A DNA stretch of 60,479 nt from Octopus bimaculoides. Taxonomy: Eukaryota. Positions within the stretch are counted from its first letter, which is position 1. Each line of letters opens with the position of its first letter. The DNA is taken from NCBI RefSeq assembly GCF_001194135.2, contig NC_068993.1:23128971-23189449 (forward strand). Reading direction: 5' to 3'. Below are positions 40,168-52,509 of the stretch, piece by piece. Under the pieces are notes generated by a model. That model ran no database searches and was not told the DNA's origin. It was given only the letters and a program-made list of their open reading frames with translations. The translations under genes and the position numbers were made by a program.

Positions 40168-42375
40168 ATATATATACCCTATATAGGAATTCATTTATAA
40201 TTGTTATTATTCCAACAGTGCAGTGAAAATCATTTATTATAGTTTTGGTGAGAGATCAAATTTCTTTAGATATTGTTATGAATGTCAAAGTTCACAGATT
40301 ACCACGCAGATATTGAAACGGAATATTTTTCATGTTACTATATGAGTTTATCTGTGTATCTGTGTGTCTGTGCATGAGTGTTTGCATGTGTGTTTATGTG
40401 GGCGTGTGTGAGTGCGCGCGCGTATGTGCGTGCGTATGTGTGTGTGTGTGTATACATTCTATTTTGAAAAATTGTATAAGTCACATTCTGAGAATCCTCA
40501 CACACAAGAAAAGACATTTGATCTTCTAATGACAGATATTTCTTGTTCTTTCCTATGATCCCTTTGTCTACTGAAGCTACTTATCAATCACTTGTCAAAT
40601 ATCGACTTAAAATTCGAAGCTTCTTCGGCTATTTTAATACACAAAATTAGAAACAAAAAGAAGCAAATATAATAAATAAAGTAACAGATAATTACATGTA
40701 TAAATTGCAGTACCGATTTGAATTATCGTGGTTTTACATTTCTCGTATTCTTTAACAATATCCTCCATACTCGTTTACTGTGTGTGCATTACTCTATCAC
40801 TTTTACTGCTCTGGTGCAAAACTGAATTTATCAACATCTTTCGCCCATACTCTATTAGCCGCTGTGAAATTCTTTGTAACAAAAATACCGAGTTAATATA
40901 TTTCAATTCCATGCACATCTATAAAAATCTCCATGTTTCCAACCATGCATTCACTAGTTTGCATATGTATTAGCTGCAATTCATTGTTCGTGTTTACATC
41001 TTCTCTTGAAAGTGATGATTTATATTATTAACATACTAGTTGTTTATGTGCAGTCTTACATTCCGTTCTTTAACGTATTTTATATGTAATCGTTGTATGG
41101 TTTCTGTTGCTTCCATCTTTATTTGAAAAGCGCTGCAACACAGATTCCGTTTCATTGATTTCTCAACATGTTCCTAACAGGTTTTACTTTTTTTGTTCAA
41201 ATAGTTTCAGTTATGCATTAGTTTTGTTGCGTTCATCTTCTGATATTCTATCATTAGAACTATTTCCATTCATTAACCTAAGACAGCCTTCACAGAAGTT
41301 TAAAATTTCCTTAAGCAAAAAAAAGTTTCTAAAAGGAATTGGCAAACAATGTTACAATGTTCAATGAATCAATGAAAGTTCCTGTTAAGATAATTTACAC
41401 GTAGAAAATTTTTCATGAGTAAACACGTAGTTCTTTTAGTATAAATAATTGACCTACGTTATACGAGTTTATACCACACTTATATACGTGTACGCATGTA
41501 TGCATACTTATACATGTATATTTGCACAGGTGTGTGCATATAGGTACATATATACATACACACACATATATATATGCAAATGCATTTATACTACATGTAT
41601 ATGTGTATATGTATGCACAAATAGACACACTCACACGCAATACACGAACACACACATATAAATACATATATGCATATATATACACACATAAATATCAGTG
41701 CATACAGATATACAAATATATGCGTTTGTGAGTATTTATTGTTATTAATGCTTACACCACTACTTACATTTGTATAGGTTTGGAAGCGTACATGTCTGCT
41801 TGTATGTGTAGGCACTGCGTTAAATATATGAATACACGGACGCTTCGAAGAGATACAATTGCAAGAAATACATTGAATTTTCATATCATGCGATTTGATT
41901 TTGTTAGATTTCTTGCCTGTAACTTTGTTATACTTAATGTAGTTTATAGAGTATAAGCGTGTAACATATAATGTTAGAGACTAGTCGGTGATGGTAATAG
42001 ACTATGAGACTAGTCCGTGATGGTAATAGAAAGCAGCATAACAAAACCATAACTTGCATAGATAGGTTTCGTATCTTTACTTGCATAGATCAATTCCCAT
42101 TCAAAACGTGCTACATGTTTCTTTGCTTGATAAAATTAGTGCCATTTAATTTTGCTGAATTCTATATATACATCTATAACCTTCTCCAAACGCTGCTGCA
42201 TTTTGACTGCATTTAAAATACACACAAGAGATTCACACAAGAGATTCACAAGAGATTCACACAATTTAAACACTTCTAACATATCTACAATACAGTAACT
42301 TTAATAATCGTTTGTACATTCTAGTTAAGCACTTTTTTCTGCCATTTGCTTTTCAAAGTATATCCTAGAGAAAAC

Positions 42376-42443
<68 letters not shown>

Positions 42444-42574
42444 GCTACATATTTGATCCATCTGCATGAGATTTGCAAAAATATTAGTTCATATTTCGGT
42501 CATAACTAAACTATCACCAATACGCATTTCATTTGTTCCAAAAGCTAACAGTGTTATCAGTATTCATTCAACGT

Positions 42575-42781
42575 GAAGGTGGCGAGCTGGCCACATCGAT
42601 ATCATGTCGGGTAAAAGGTTTAGTGGCATTTCGTCAGTCTTCACGTTCAGCGTTCAAATTCCGCCGAGGTAGACTACACCTATCATCCCTTTCGGCGTCG
42701 AGAAATTAAATACGATTTGAGTACTGAGGCAAACGTATTCGAATTACACGCTCCCCGGAATTACTGGCCTTGTGCAATATT
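42575..42781 (+). mobile_element. tRNA-derived SINE (ggcggcgagctggc family)
   Basis: gaaggtggcgagctggcc A-box-like head, gcgttcaaattccgccgaggt B-box, ending ctggccttgtgc. Confidence 0.75.
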
Positions 42782-43149
42782 CTTCTCATTATAATAGTTG
42801 AATTTGGCATTAACTTTCCTAATACGCATCATCTGTTCTTCGTCGTTGGCGTTGCACTTTGAAATTAAATAATAGCAACACGTTCCAGTTTATCGTTGTT
42901 GCACTTAATTTTTATACAAGTCTCTCTTTAACACTTGATCTACCAGAGAAAATGTATGTCACTAATTATCAACTGGGTCCAATGGACCCAATATTTTTCT
43001 TTTTATTTAATTTCATTCAAACTAACTCAATTCCTTAGCTACATTAGATATGCTGTCAGGTGAATGAAGAATTACTGCTTCTCACAAATTTTAATAAAAA
43101 AATAGAGCTTACAGAATATATTATAAATTTTAAAAATTACAATAATACA

Positions 43150-44858
43150 GAATTAAAAGTTTTCATGGCAGTGGAATGATCTTGACAAACATGGATATTA
43201 CAATTCTTAAATGTAGTGCGAGTTTTGCTGTCTTTTTTCTTGAGGGAGGCTCACAAAGAACATCTTCCCTTTTTCTTTAGCTGAGGAATCTCAAATGAGG
43301 TTGAAGATCGTTTTCTTTTCTTGTTTGGTCGAGAAATATTAGCGGAACTAAGATTGTTTGTCTTGTTATTGTTTAGTATTAACTCCAGTAAGTTCCTTTC
43401 CTCACTGAATTAGGCACTGTCTTCATTTATCCTTGAAACTTTGCAAGTGAAGCTGTTAGCAACAACGAAAGCATTCACTGCACTTATATGAATAATGTTG
43501 AAGGAATATAACCACAGGCCATCTTCAAGTCAATCTTTTGCAAGTGTATGTTTTTTACCATCTTATCTTGGGTATCTACTACTCTTTTTGTTTTGTTGTT
43601 ACAGGTAATAACTTTAGGTTTCTTTCCAGTACTTTTCGAATCAATTGAAGGATAAGAGTGCATTTTACTCATAAATGTGACTACATAATTTTACTTGAGA
43701 TAATAATTTAGGTCATAGAATCCTTCTGAAATCCAAATATTGTGCTGTTGATTTCTCTTTCTGTTCCATTTGTGAAGCACTTGGAAGTTCAACACTGTTC
43801 TTTCTACTTGTTCCAACTAAAGTAGTTTTCTTGCTAAGCAGCTTTCCAGCCAAACCTAGACTTGTAAAAACATTATCACAAGTTATATGCAACCAGTATT
43901 TTCAAGGTCTTTTACTAGGTCTTCAACGACTCTTGATCCTTGATTTGTCTTTCTCCCTTTTACTGGGTCTTTTCCAATGTAGATTTGCATTTTCCAAGCA
44001 TAAAATGTTTCACTGTCTCATATTGCCCAAATTTTAATTCCATATTTCCCTGGTTTTGAAAGAATATATATACCTGGAATGAGCAGCGCCCTCTGAATGA
44101 AACTAATTGTTCATCTACTGTCATGCATGAACTTGGAGCATATCCATCTAGCAAATTCTGATTCCACATTTCAAATACTTCTATTACGGGCTCCAATTCA
44201 TCATCACTTCTCTTTTTTCTCCTTGCACTAGCATCATCAAAACGCAATACTTGTAAAATCTGTTGAAATCTTCCCCGGCTCATAATTTTGTTGAATATTG
44301 GGCGAGGAACTTATTGACTCCATAACTGTGAAACATTTTCATGTTTTAGATTTATAAACACCTTTAAGAATAATCAGTCCAATAAATTTCTTTAGTTCAG
44401 AGTGATCAATTTCCTTCCACTTATTTTCGTAAACAATCTCACCTTCAACATTTGTTCATTTAGGAATTACTTCAAGATTCTGGCGCATTAAGATAGTAAA
44501 ACTTGTTTCAATGCTATCGTAAATTTTTTTTAGCAAAATGCGATTGTCCACATACTTGGCGCACATTATTGCAAGATGAAGTTCCTACTGCTGCTTGAAT
44601 AAGACAATTAGAATACCAAACTTTTTGTCTATCTCTAGAAACATATTGCTCATTCATAATTGGGTGGCTTTCAGATAATTGTTTTTGAGTATCTTCATTA
44701 TCTGATGACATACATCCTAAACTGTCCGGCACACAATCACTTTCACCATCACTTTTAGAGCAATAGAAGGAATCACTACTATCTTCTTCTCATTCTTAAT
44801 CTAATTCCAATAACATTTTCGATATTTGGTCTTCATTCAAGTTTTCACTTCTAGGCAT
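43150..44858 (-). mobile_element. piggyBac transposase pseudogene (PGBD4-like), near full length
   Basis: Starts MPRSENLNEDQISKMLLELD (44858). Core MSRGRFQQILQVLRFDD..EPVIEVFEMWNQNL..CMTVDEQLVSFRGRCSFQVYI. Cys/His-rich C-terminus GRCSL..KNCNIHVCQDH at about 43270-43180. Many stops and frameshifts. Confidence 0.88.
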
Positions 44859-44885
44859 ATTGGGAAGCACTACGTCATATGCCCA

Positions 44886-44961
44886 CGGGCATATTGTGTA
44901 GTGGTTAAGAGCGCGGTCTACCAACCCCAAGATTCCGAGTTCGCTTCCAGGTAGTGACCTA

Positions 44962-45018
<57 letters not shown>

Positions 45019-45019
45019 C

Positions 45020-45067
<48 letters not shown>

Positions 45068-45260
45068 TCGAAAAATACCTTAGGAATGAGAACCCAGGTT
45101 CGAAATTTCCCCAAGTCACCTGATGAAGGCTGGAGGGTATATCAGCCGAAACGTTGTGTTACCAACAAACAAGATGAGGACAACTATCCGTCAAATGTAA
45201 ATAATGTAAATAATGTAAATAATGTACATAATTCCTCATCTCTTAAATATAGAACTGTAT
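44886..45260 (+). mobile_element. Full-length tRNA-headed SINE with internal (TAA)n and hammerhead ribozyme
   Basis: A box TTGTGTAGTGG and B box GAGTTCGCTTCC; (TAA)n at about 44962-45063; hammerhead at 45115-45160; 3' hairpin gatgagga/tcctcatc around AATGTAAAT repeats. No TTTT Pol III terminator inside. Confidence 0.9.
45115..45160 (+). ncRNA. Minimal type-I hammerhead ribozyme, intact core
   Basis: Stem I CAC(45117-19)/GTG(45156-58); CTGATGA 45120-26; extra A; stem II GGCTG/CAGCC; GAAAC 45148-52; palindromic ACGT minimal stem III; NUH triplet GTT with predicted cleavage after 45155. Confidence 0.8.
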
Positions 45261-45451
45261 CATTGGATCTAGTTATTATCGCCTGATTCTTAATGTCACA
45301 AGTATATTTAACAATACATATCAAAATATGATGGTTATATCTGCTTTTCCATCTTGATTCAAGGCACTTACTTTCCACTTACCATCCTCGTATTCTTATT
45401 TGGATTTCACAAATATATTTCAGGTCGATACTAAATTTTTCTCACTACTTA

Positions 45452-45896
45452 AGGTACTTAAGGCTGTGTGGTGAGTAGCTTGCTTACCAACCACATGGTT
45501 ACGGGTTCAGTCCCACTGCATGGTACCTTGCGCAAGTGTCTTCTACTATAGCCTGGTATACGGAGACTGAAAGAAGACCGTCCTATCAATATATATATAT
45601 ATATATATATATANNNNNNNNNNNNNNNNNNNNNNNNNNNNNNNNNNNNNNNNNNNNNNNNNNNNTGTGTGTATGTGTGTGTGTATATGTTCGTTTTGTG
45701 CTTGTCTCCCGCCATCCCTTGACAACCCATGTTGGTGTGTTTACATCTCCGTAACTTAGTGATTCGGCAAAAGGAACCGATAAAATAAGTAGTAGACAAA
45801 GAAGGAATAAGTCCTGGGGTCGATTTGTTCGACTAAAGGTGATGCTCCAGCATGGCTGCAGTAAAATGACTGAAACAAATAAAAGAATAAAAGAAA
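45452..45896 (+). mobile_element. tRNA-derived SINE with CORE-like block and internal microsatellite/gap
   Basis: ggctgtgtggtgagtagcttgcttaccaaccacatggttacgggttcagtccc head; ccttgcgcaagtgtcttctactatagcc; tail ggggtcgatttgttcgactaaagg..ctccagcatggctgcagtaaaatgactgaaacaaataaaagaataaaagaa. Confidence 0.85.
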
Positions 45897-48463
45897 GTGT
45901 AAGATTAATGGACATCCTCTTTTTGCAATCATCCATGCTTACAAATGATTTCATTTAGATACTGGATCGCGATCGCATCGCAAACATATTAGCACTTTTA
46001 CTATCCATAATATTGCGATGTATAGATTGTCGTCACTGTGACAAACATTGATATAATTCATCATCTAAATCATTTATCTTATATCATTTCCATGCTTTGT
46101 TCTATGCATTTGCTCTGTATCTTAATATCTGTTATCCTTCAGAAGGCAAGCTCCATGAACACGTCACCTGAATAATATATATCACAACTGCACTGTCTCT
46201 ATGAACAGAAATCTCAAAAACGTTATAAAATGTGATCATATCAATCTTGTCTCACACAGCAACATAAAATATAATCGATATTTTCGAAGAGAGCTACAAA
46301 CCCCTAAAATATTGTCAGAATTCAACCTGATCGCTCAAGATCACTTTAAATGCCGGCCCTCGACATCACTGATTGTTTCACTCAGGAATCACACATTTGT
46401 AACAGCAAATTTATATCACGAAAATTTACTTTTATTTTTAGAGTGTGTAATACGTCAGAACTAACAGGTAATGATCCGTCTAAATGCAATGTAATAATCT
46501 GAGAATACTACTCTAAAACCTTAGACAATGCTGCAGCAATAGTTTTCAGGAAAGGAGCATTAGAAAGATTTGAATATGGCTTCATGCCAACATACTGCAA
46601 TTGTGGTAGGCAGACATATTGTTACCTATTATTCGTTTTTCTTACTGAGAATATACAGAGTTCTAGTCTTTTTAGGTGTTGTTAATTTTCTGTACCACAC
46701 AATACCTACATACTCATGTTTACACCTTTCGTGAACGACACAGCGGTCACCTAGCTAGCTTCTCGCTAACAACAGTATCTTGTAATTTTCACTTAAAACA
46801 TCAAATCTCTGTAATTTGCTACCAGCCCATATTTTTTCTACCAAAATCAAGTCCCTTCTATCTATGAGGATTGTTAATTACATCGCTCTCACATGTTTAA
46901 CTTATATTTCTTTAATACAGACGAATATACAATACACACATAAAACAGAACAGCTTCGTAGGACTACAAACATCGAGTTTAGAGATTTCTTGAATCATAT
47001 GCCATAATTTTTGCGAACGGTTAAAGAAATGAAAAGTGGTACAACTCTTTATTTTAATACTAATTTGAAGTTTAAAATATGTTAGAAAGGCATTATATAC
47101 AAATACATATGTTATGATTTTATGATAGAAAGCATCTGGTAAGGTTGGCTCGACAATGTGTTCCCTTACACATTACTTCATACTGCTCTGAATGCGCAAT
47201 GACTGGAAAACATTGTGTCGGATAATCAGTGTGCTTAGGCAGGTGGGGACCTATACGTTAATGAAATTGGGAAACCGGCCCTTATGAGCCAGGAATGGCT
47301 CGAGAAGGAACGAGCAACAACTACACAACATAAGCTATGTATCTATAATATTGAAGACACGATATCCTTAAGAAAACTTCATGTGATGATGTGAAACTAC
47401 TGAATGTTCTGTACAAGAATCTTTTCATCTGACCTCCACGAATGACTTCCAGAAAACTACGTTCCGGGGTAATTCATTTTTCATGTGAAAATCGACGGTA
47501 TCGATGGTGCCGTTTTCCCGAGTTTATCAGAGCGAGTAGGTATCAACGAGACCTAACAGAGCATGTAGGTATCAACGAAACGCAACATTTAAAGTGTCGA
47601 ATACATCCATTTTGTAAGAAATTTTTTGAATAGCCACCTAAGCAGGGAATTTGGATCTTGCTATTTATTAAGCACGTCATGGTGAAGCAATATAATCATG
47701 ACACCTGTTGACGATTTGTCTGTAGGTGCAGCGCGTGTCGTCGAGATCCCGATTACAGAATATTAAAAACCCCAACTTCTCTCGCTTTTGTCAAAGCCAT
47801 GCATTTCAGAAGTACTACAGTTTCTTCAATGTTATTTTGCACGTCGGTTTTCTCTGTTTCGACGGGACAAACATTCAACAACGATGAGATGTATAATTTT
47901 AGCTAATTATATAATTTTAGATATATAATTCTAGCTTCATATACACTTAGAAATACAGAGGCCCGCGCCGATTATTTTATTCCTTTTTTACAGCAATACA
48001 TGTAACACGTCATCGTCTCACACGATACACAAACAGCATGCATTTTTATGTATATGAACATACAACTTGCTCGAGAATACGTAAAACATTCAACGTCACA
48101 CATATCTTGCACCCTGTATATCCTTCCTTTATCTTTCTTTTACCAATGAAATTATTTCCTTCCCAAAACGTATCGATTCATCTGTAATCATGATTAAAAA
48201 TTGACTCGCTGCAAATACTTCGGTTAAGGAAAAATCAAAGCTATTCTCCATTCTTCCTATATTTAATCATATATTTAACGAATAACATACTGTCCGAAAC
48301 TTGTGTAGAATTTTATTTTTGTTTTTACTCCGTCTCGTCTACATATAGATTTACTTTGTATTTGCTTCTCAACCTTTCATGATGATCCCTTGAATTTTCC
48401 ATCATGTTGGTGCAGGACTTACGTCCGCCTTTCCTCGGGATTTTATATTTCGGATTAAATTTC

Positions 48464-48540
48464 GTCTTCTTCTTCTTCTTCTTCTTCTTCTTCTTCTTCT
48501 TCTTCTTCTTCTTCTTCTTCTTCTTCTTCTTCTTCTTCTT
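48464..48540. repeat. (TTC)n microsatellite, i.e. the (GAA)n tail of the minus-strand R4/Dong copy
   Basis: Perfect TTC run abutting the element's 3' UTR. Confidence 0.9.
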
Positions 48541-49880
48541 GCTGTTTTTCTTTTTAAGCTGTTTAGTTTGTTTACTGTCTTCCAGTTGCCCATTTTCTGC
48601 TGATTTCCTCCATCTCCCTAACTGAAATGACTAGTTCTGCCTCTTTTGGAGACTACTGTTTGTTTCAGTTCTTGAAACCATTTGACTTTTGCTTTGTATT
48701 TGTACAAGTTGACCCCATGTATCACCCAGAGACCTCAAGAGACAACAAGTTGGAAGTTCAAGTTGGCATTATGCCTAGGGTATCATATACTTGGTTTTGC
48801 ACATATTAAGTGTTCTAGAAAATGCTTAAGAAAACATAAGAAAATTATAAATTTGTTTTAAAATTTGAGATTACACAGACAGTATTTTACGTAGGATATG
48901 GGTAGTTCCCATGAGCACTATCTTTTGAATTGCTGCCATTTTGGGATTTCCTGGTATCTGAGCTAGGTAGGAATCAGTCACTTTTGCTATCATTCTTAGG
49001 GCACCTATGACAACATGTATTGTATTAGTCTTGAGGTTCAATATTTTGCCAATTTCTATTTCAAGATCTGTATACTGGCTCAGATTTTGGTAGGGCTTGA
49101 CAGATACATCTATGTCGATTGGAACAATCATCGATGAGGAGGCATGACTTTTATCTAAAGTCTTTCAATGTAATGTCTGGCCTATTCGCATCTATCTTTC
49201 CGTCATTTTTGAACAGTGAAGTTGCAGATGAGTGAGATATGATCATTTTGACGCACTGGAGGTGGTTTGTGTTCTCACAAGTTTTGATGATGCAGGTCCA
49301 GGTTTTTGCAAATTAACCAGATAATGTATTGTGCTGCTCTATCATGCCTGTTGAGATATTCTGTAGGCACAAGTAGACTGCAGATGGAGACAACATGATC
49401 AATGGTCTCATTTTCTTGTTTATATACACGACCATGTTCAAAGTCAGTGTGGTTCTCCATGATTTCTTACTTACAGATAATAAGTTTCGCAGAGTAAGTG
49501 CTATTTTATACATTTCCCAGACATTTCTTAATCTAGCCATGTGGTAGACTATCAGAAGCATTTTTATAGTCTACCCAGGCTATCGACAAGTTTTTGTGTC
49601 CTTCGTGATAATCTTCCAAGATCATCCTATTGATGAGTAGCTGATCACTACAACCATATGACCTACATTTAGATCCTTTTTGCTCATCAGGGAATACGCT
49701 ACTTTTTATGAAAAAGCTATAGGTATATTCAGTGCAGGCAAATTTTATCCACTGTTGTTAAGCAGGTTCTACACTATTCTTAAGCAGATCATGGGTCTAT
49801 AATTTTTCGGTTCATTTGTTTCTTCATTTTTTTGGAAGTAGGAATCTTACAACATTAGCTAGCCAAGAGGGTATCATATT
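48541..49880 (-). mobile_element. R4/Dong-like RLE non-LTR retrotransposon, 5' truncated and internally deleted
   Basis: RT: PDEQKGSKCRSYGCSDQLLINRMILEDY..NLSIAWVDYKNASDSLPH..WRTTLTLN. This is joined near 49435 to the zinc knuckle RVYKQENETIDHVVSICSLLVPTEYLNRHD, then the RLE PDITLK..IDVSV..YTDLEIEI..VVIGAL..IPG..IQKIVLMGTTHILRKILSV* (48871). Confidence 0.9.
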
Positions 49881-51537
49881 AGGTTCTTCTTATCATTATT
49901 GTTGTTGTTGCTGTTATTATTATTGTTGATATGATTAAATTTGCCATCATTTACGACGATTTATACATACACACGCATATATTAAACAAAAGCAAAGGGA
50001 TATTTTAAAACAACGCTACACGCGTGTCAGTAGAGTACTTTTAAATGCAAGAGTATTACATTTAATTTTAAGATAACGGATAACATGTCTTTACGGTCAC
50101 CTCATGAGGTTATATCATCTACCGGATGTCATGGCAAAAATACGTTAAATCTATGCGGAAAAAAAGATATTTATCACAATGAGATTGCAACACGAAGGTT
50201 AATGTAGGCTACAGATATCATATTTGATGAGTAATCCTAGTAAAGTATGTAGTGTTAGAGAAGAGTGCTTGAATAATCGTCTATAATTCATAACTTCAAA
50301 TTTACTACTTATCAAGGGATATTAAAAATTGATGACCAAACAGCTAGCTGAAATCTAAAATGATATAAGCATATCATGCTTATACATGCATATCTTCTTT
50401 TGAATCACCTCCAAAATATCATGTCAACCAATTCCATTTTTCCTCTCTATCTTTACATACAAAATGTTTATTAACGTCGGATCAAGAAGCGAAAATTTCA
50501 CATATAATACATTTGCTAAAACCTATTGCCATGCAGTTTATATACCGAAAAGTTTTGATTTCATCATTGCACATGGCACTCTCTTCTTCATTACTCATTT
50601 CTAATCTACAGTATTTTAAGTTTTAAATAAATAATTGCATATCATATACACTACTGTTGCGTTTAAATTTTAAGTGAATCATACAAGCTATCATCTAACT
50701 TCATTAAAAATGTAAACATTTTTGATATATGAAATAGTATAATATTTGTTTGGTTATAAATAAATGCAGTTTCAATTGATTATGATTTACTATTAAAAAT
50801 GTGGAATTTTATAAAAGCAATTTTAAAAAGTATGCTTTTAGTTGTCATTATCAACACATTTCCAAACTGGAAAGAGATTCTGATAGTGCGTTCGATGATA
50901 GTTTACACTGTAGTATACTTTGAACGATTAAATTTGTTATTGTTAGGTCACATCATTGTAAATATTTATTCACTAAAATGGATATTAACGTGCTTGCAGC
51001 CATATATAAATCGTAATATTTGTGCATAATTCTCGTTGATTTCATAAGAAAATATATTAACGCAATTTGTTTACTTTAAAAGAAGCAGGCTATTATGCGA
51101 ACTCGATGATGGCACAGACAACTAAAGTGAAATTGATTTACTAGCAATAAGGAGTCAAAAAATGTTTCTCTGTTCAATAAAACGAAACGATATACAATGT
51201 GTAGTAGATGGTGCTCAATGTATATATATTATTTTGGAAGTTCAGTTATAGAAGATAGAGTCAGTTAGGTGTATGTCATTGAGACAATATTCGAAAAATC
51301 ATACATATCAGCCATTGCCAGAAGCATTTGGAATTTACATTTTCATATTCAAAATGTTGTTTCCTATAATCTAATGAAAAATTATAGGTAAATATCATGT
51401 ACGTTACAATTACGCAATTACTCAGTTATCTCTATCAATGGTGTTACAGCACTTCGTCAGTTGATGATATTAAATCGCCCGTCCATTACATATATACATA
51501 CATACACACATACACACATACACACATAATTGCATAA

Positions 51538-51604
<67 letters not shown>

Positions 51605-51899
51605 TAAATATATATATGTATATAAAATGAATGATCAAAAAGAAGGAAAACAATGCTTTAAAGGAAAGTGATACGTGGAAGAAGGGAGAAAGGGAGTAGA
51701 GATAAAAAGAGAGAAAATTTCTAGGGCCGAGTTTTGAAACCTCATGTGGTGAGGTTTGGATGTGTGTAATTGTGCAAGAGTGTAACTGTGCGACACGAAT
51801 GCGTAAATAAGTGAATTCAAGAAGATGTAGTAGGTGAGAACAAAATATATATACACATAATATCTATACATATATTACTAAAATTTACCTAAAACGTGT

Positions 51900-52087
51900 A
51901 GAAACAACACGCAGCGGTATTACTTTATACCTCGGGAAGAATGGAACAGTTTTTTACGTTTCGCACCTTCGCTCTTCAATAAGAACAACAGACAAAATCG
52001 TTTGACAGCAGATAACAATGGGGCTCGAACTTTCTTCACCTCACAGATATCGGCTGAGTACTCTACCATTAAGCCATACTGACCCCG
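51900..52087 (-). mobile_element. Second tRNA-headed SINE-like element with a degenerate hammerhead-like motif
   Basis: Reverse complement: ggggtcagtaTGGCTTAATGGtagagtactc..aGTTCGAGCCcc..gttctta TTGAAGA GCG AAGG TGC GAAAC GTA aaaaac. Confidence 0.55.
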
Positions 52088-52147
52088 TTGACAATAACTG
52101 TCAAATTAAACATGAAATAGATAGCTTTTTGCAAATGCCTCAACATA

Positions 52148-52463
52148 TGTAAACAAACTTATTTTTGGTTTCAGAAGTGTCGACTGCGTATAGCATCATA
52201 CAGAAAAGAAAGTAATATTTCGAACGCAGTATAGCCGTGAAGACAGCAGAAAGATAGGATATGTTATCCTTGTATGACAACAAAAGGTGCATGTACGTGT
52301 CTTATAACTGTCTGCTGACAGCTAATTCCGTCATATTAAGGGTAAAAAAAATAACAATATTTTTGCTGCTTTCACAGCTATATTGCGTTCGAAATATTAC
52401 TTTCTTGAAATATTACTTTCTTGTTTGACGCGTCTAAAAACAAAAAGAAAATGCTTGTTTACA
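52148..52463. mobile_element. MITE-like foldback element
   Basis: Strong ~43-bp inverted repeat at 52206-52248 / 52364-52406, extending imperfectly to tgtaaacaa (52148) and ttgtttaca (52463). Confidence 0.6.
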
Positions 52464-52509
52464 AGCATTTTCTTGCAAATGTATATACATTTTCTTGCAA
52501 ATGTATATA

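Noticed and set aside
47279-47312. CTTATGAGCC-aggaat-GGCTCGAGAAG hairpin
   Set aside because: The hairpin pairs through the would-be G8-A9 and lacks GAAA; probably the 3' end of an unrelated repeat rather than a hammerhead.
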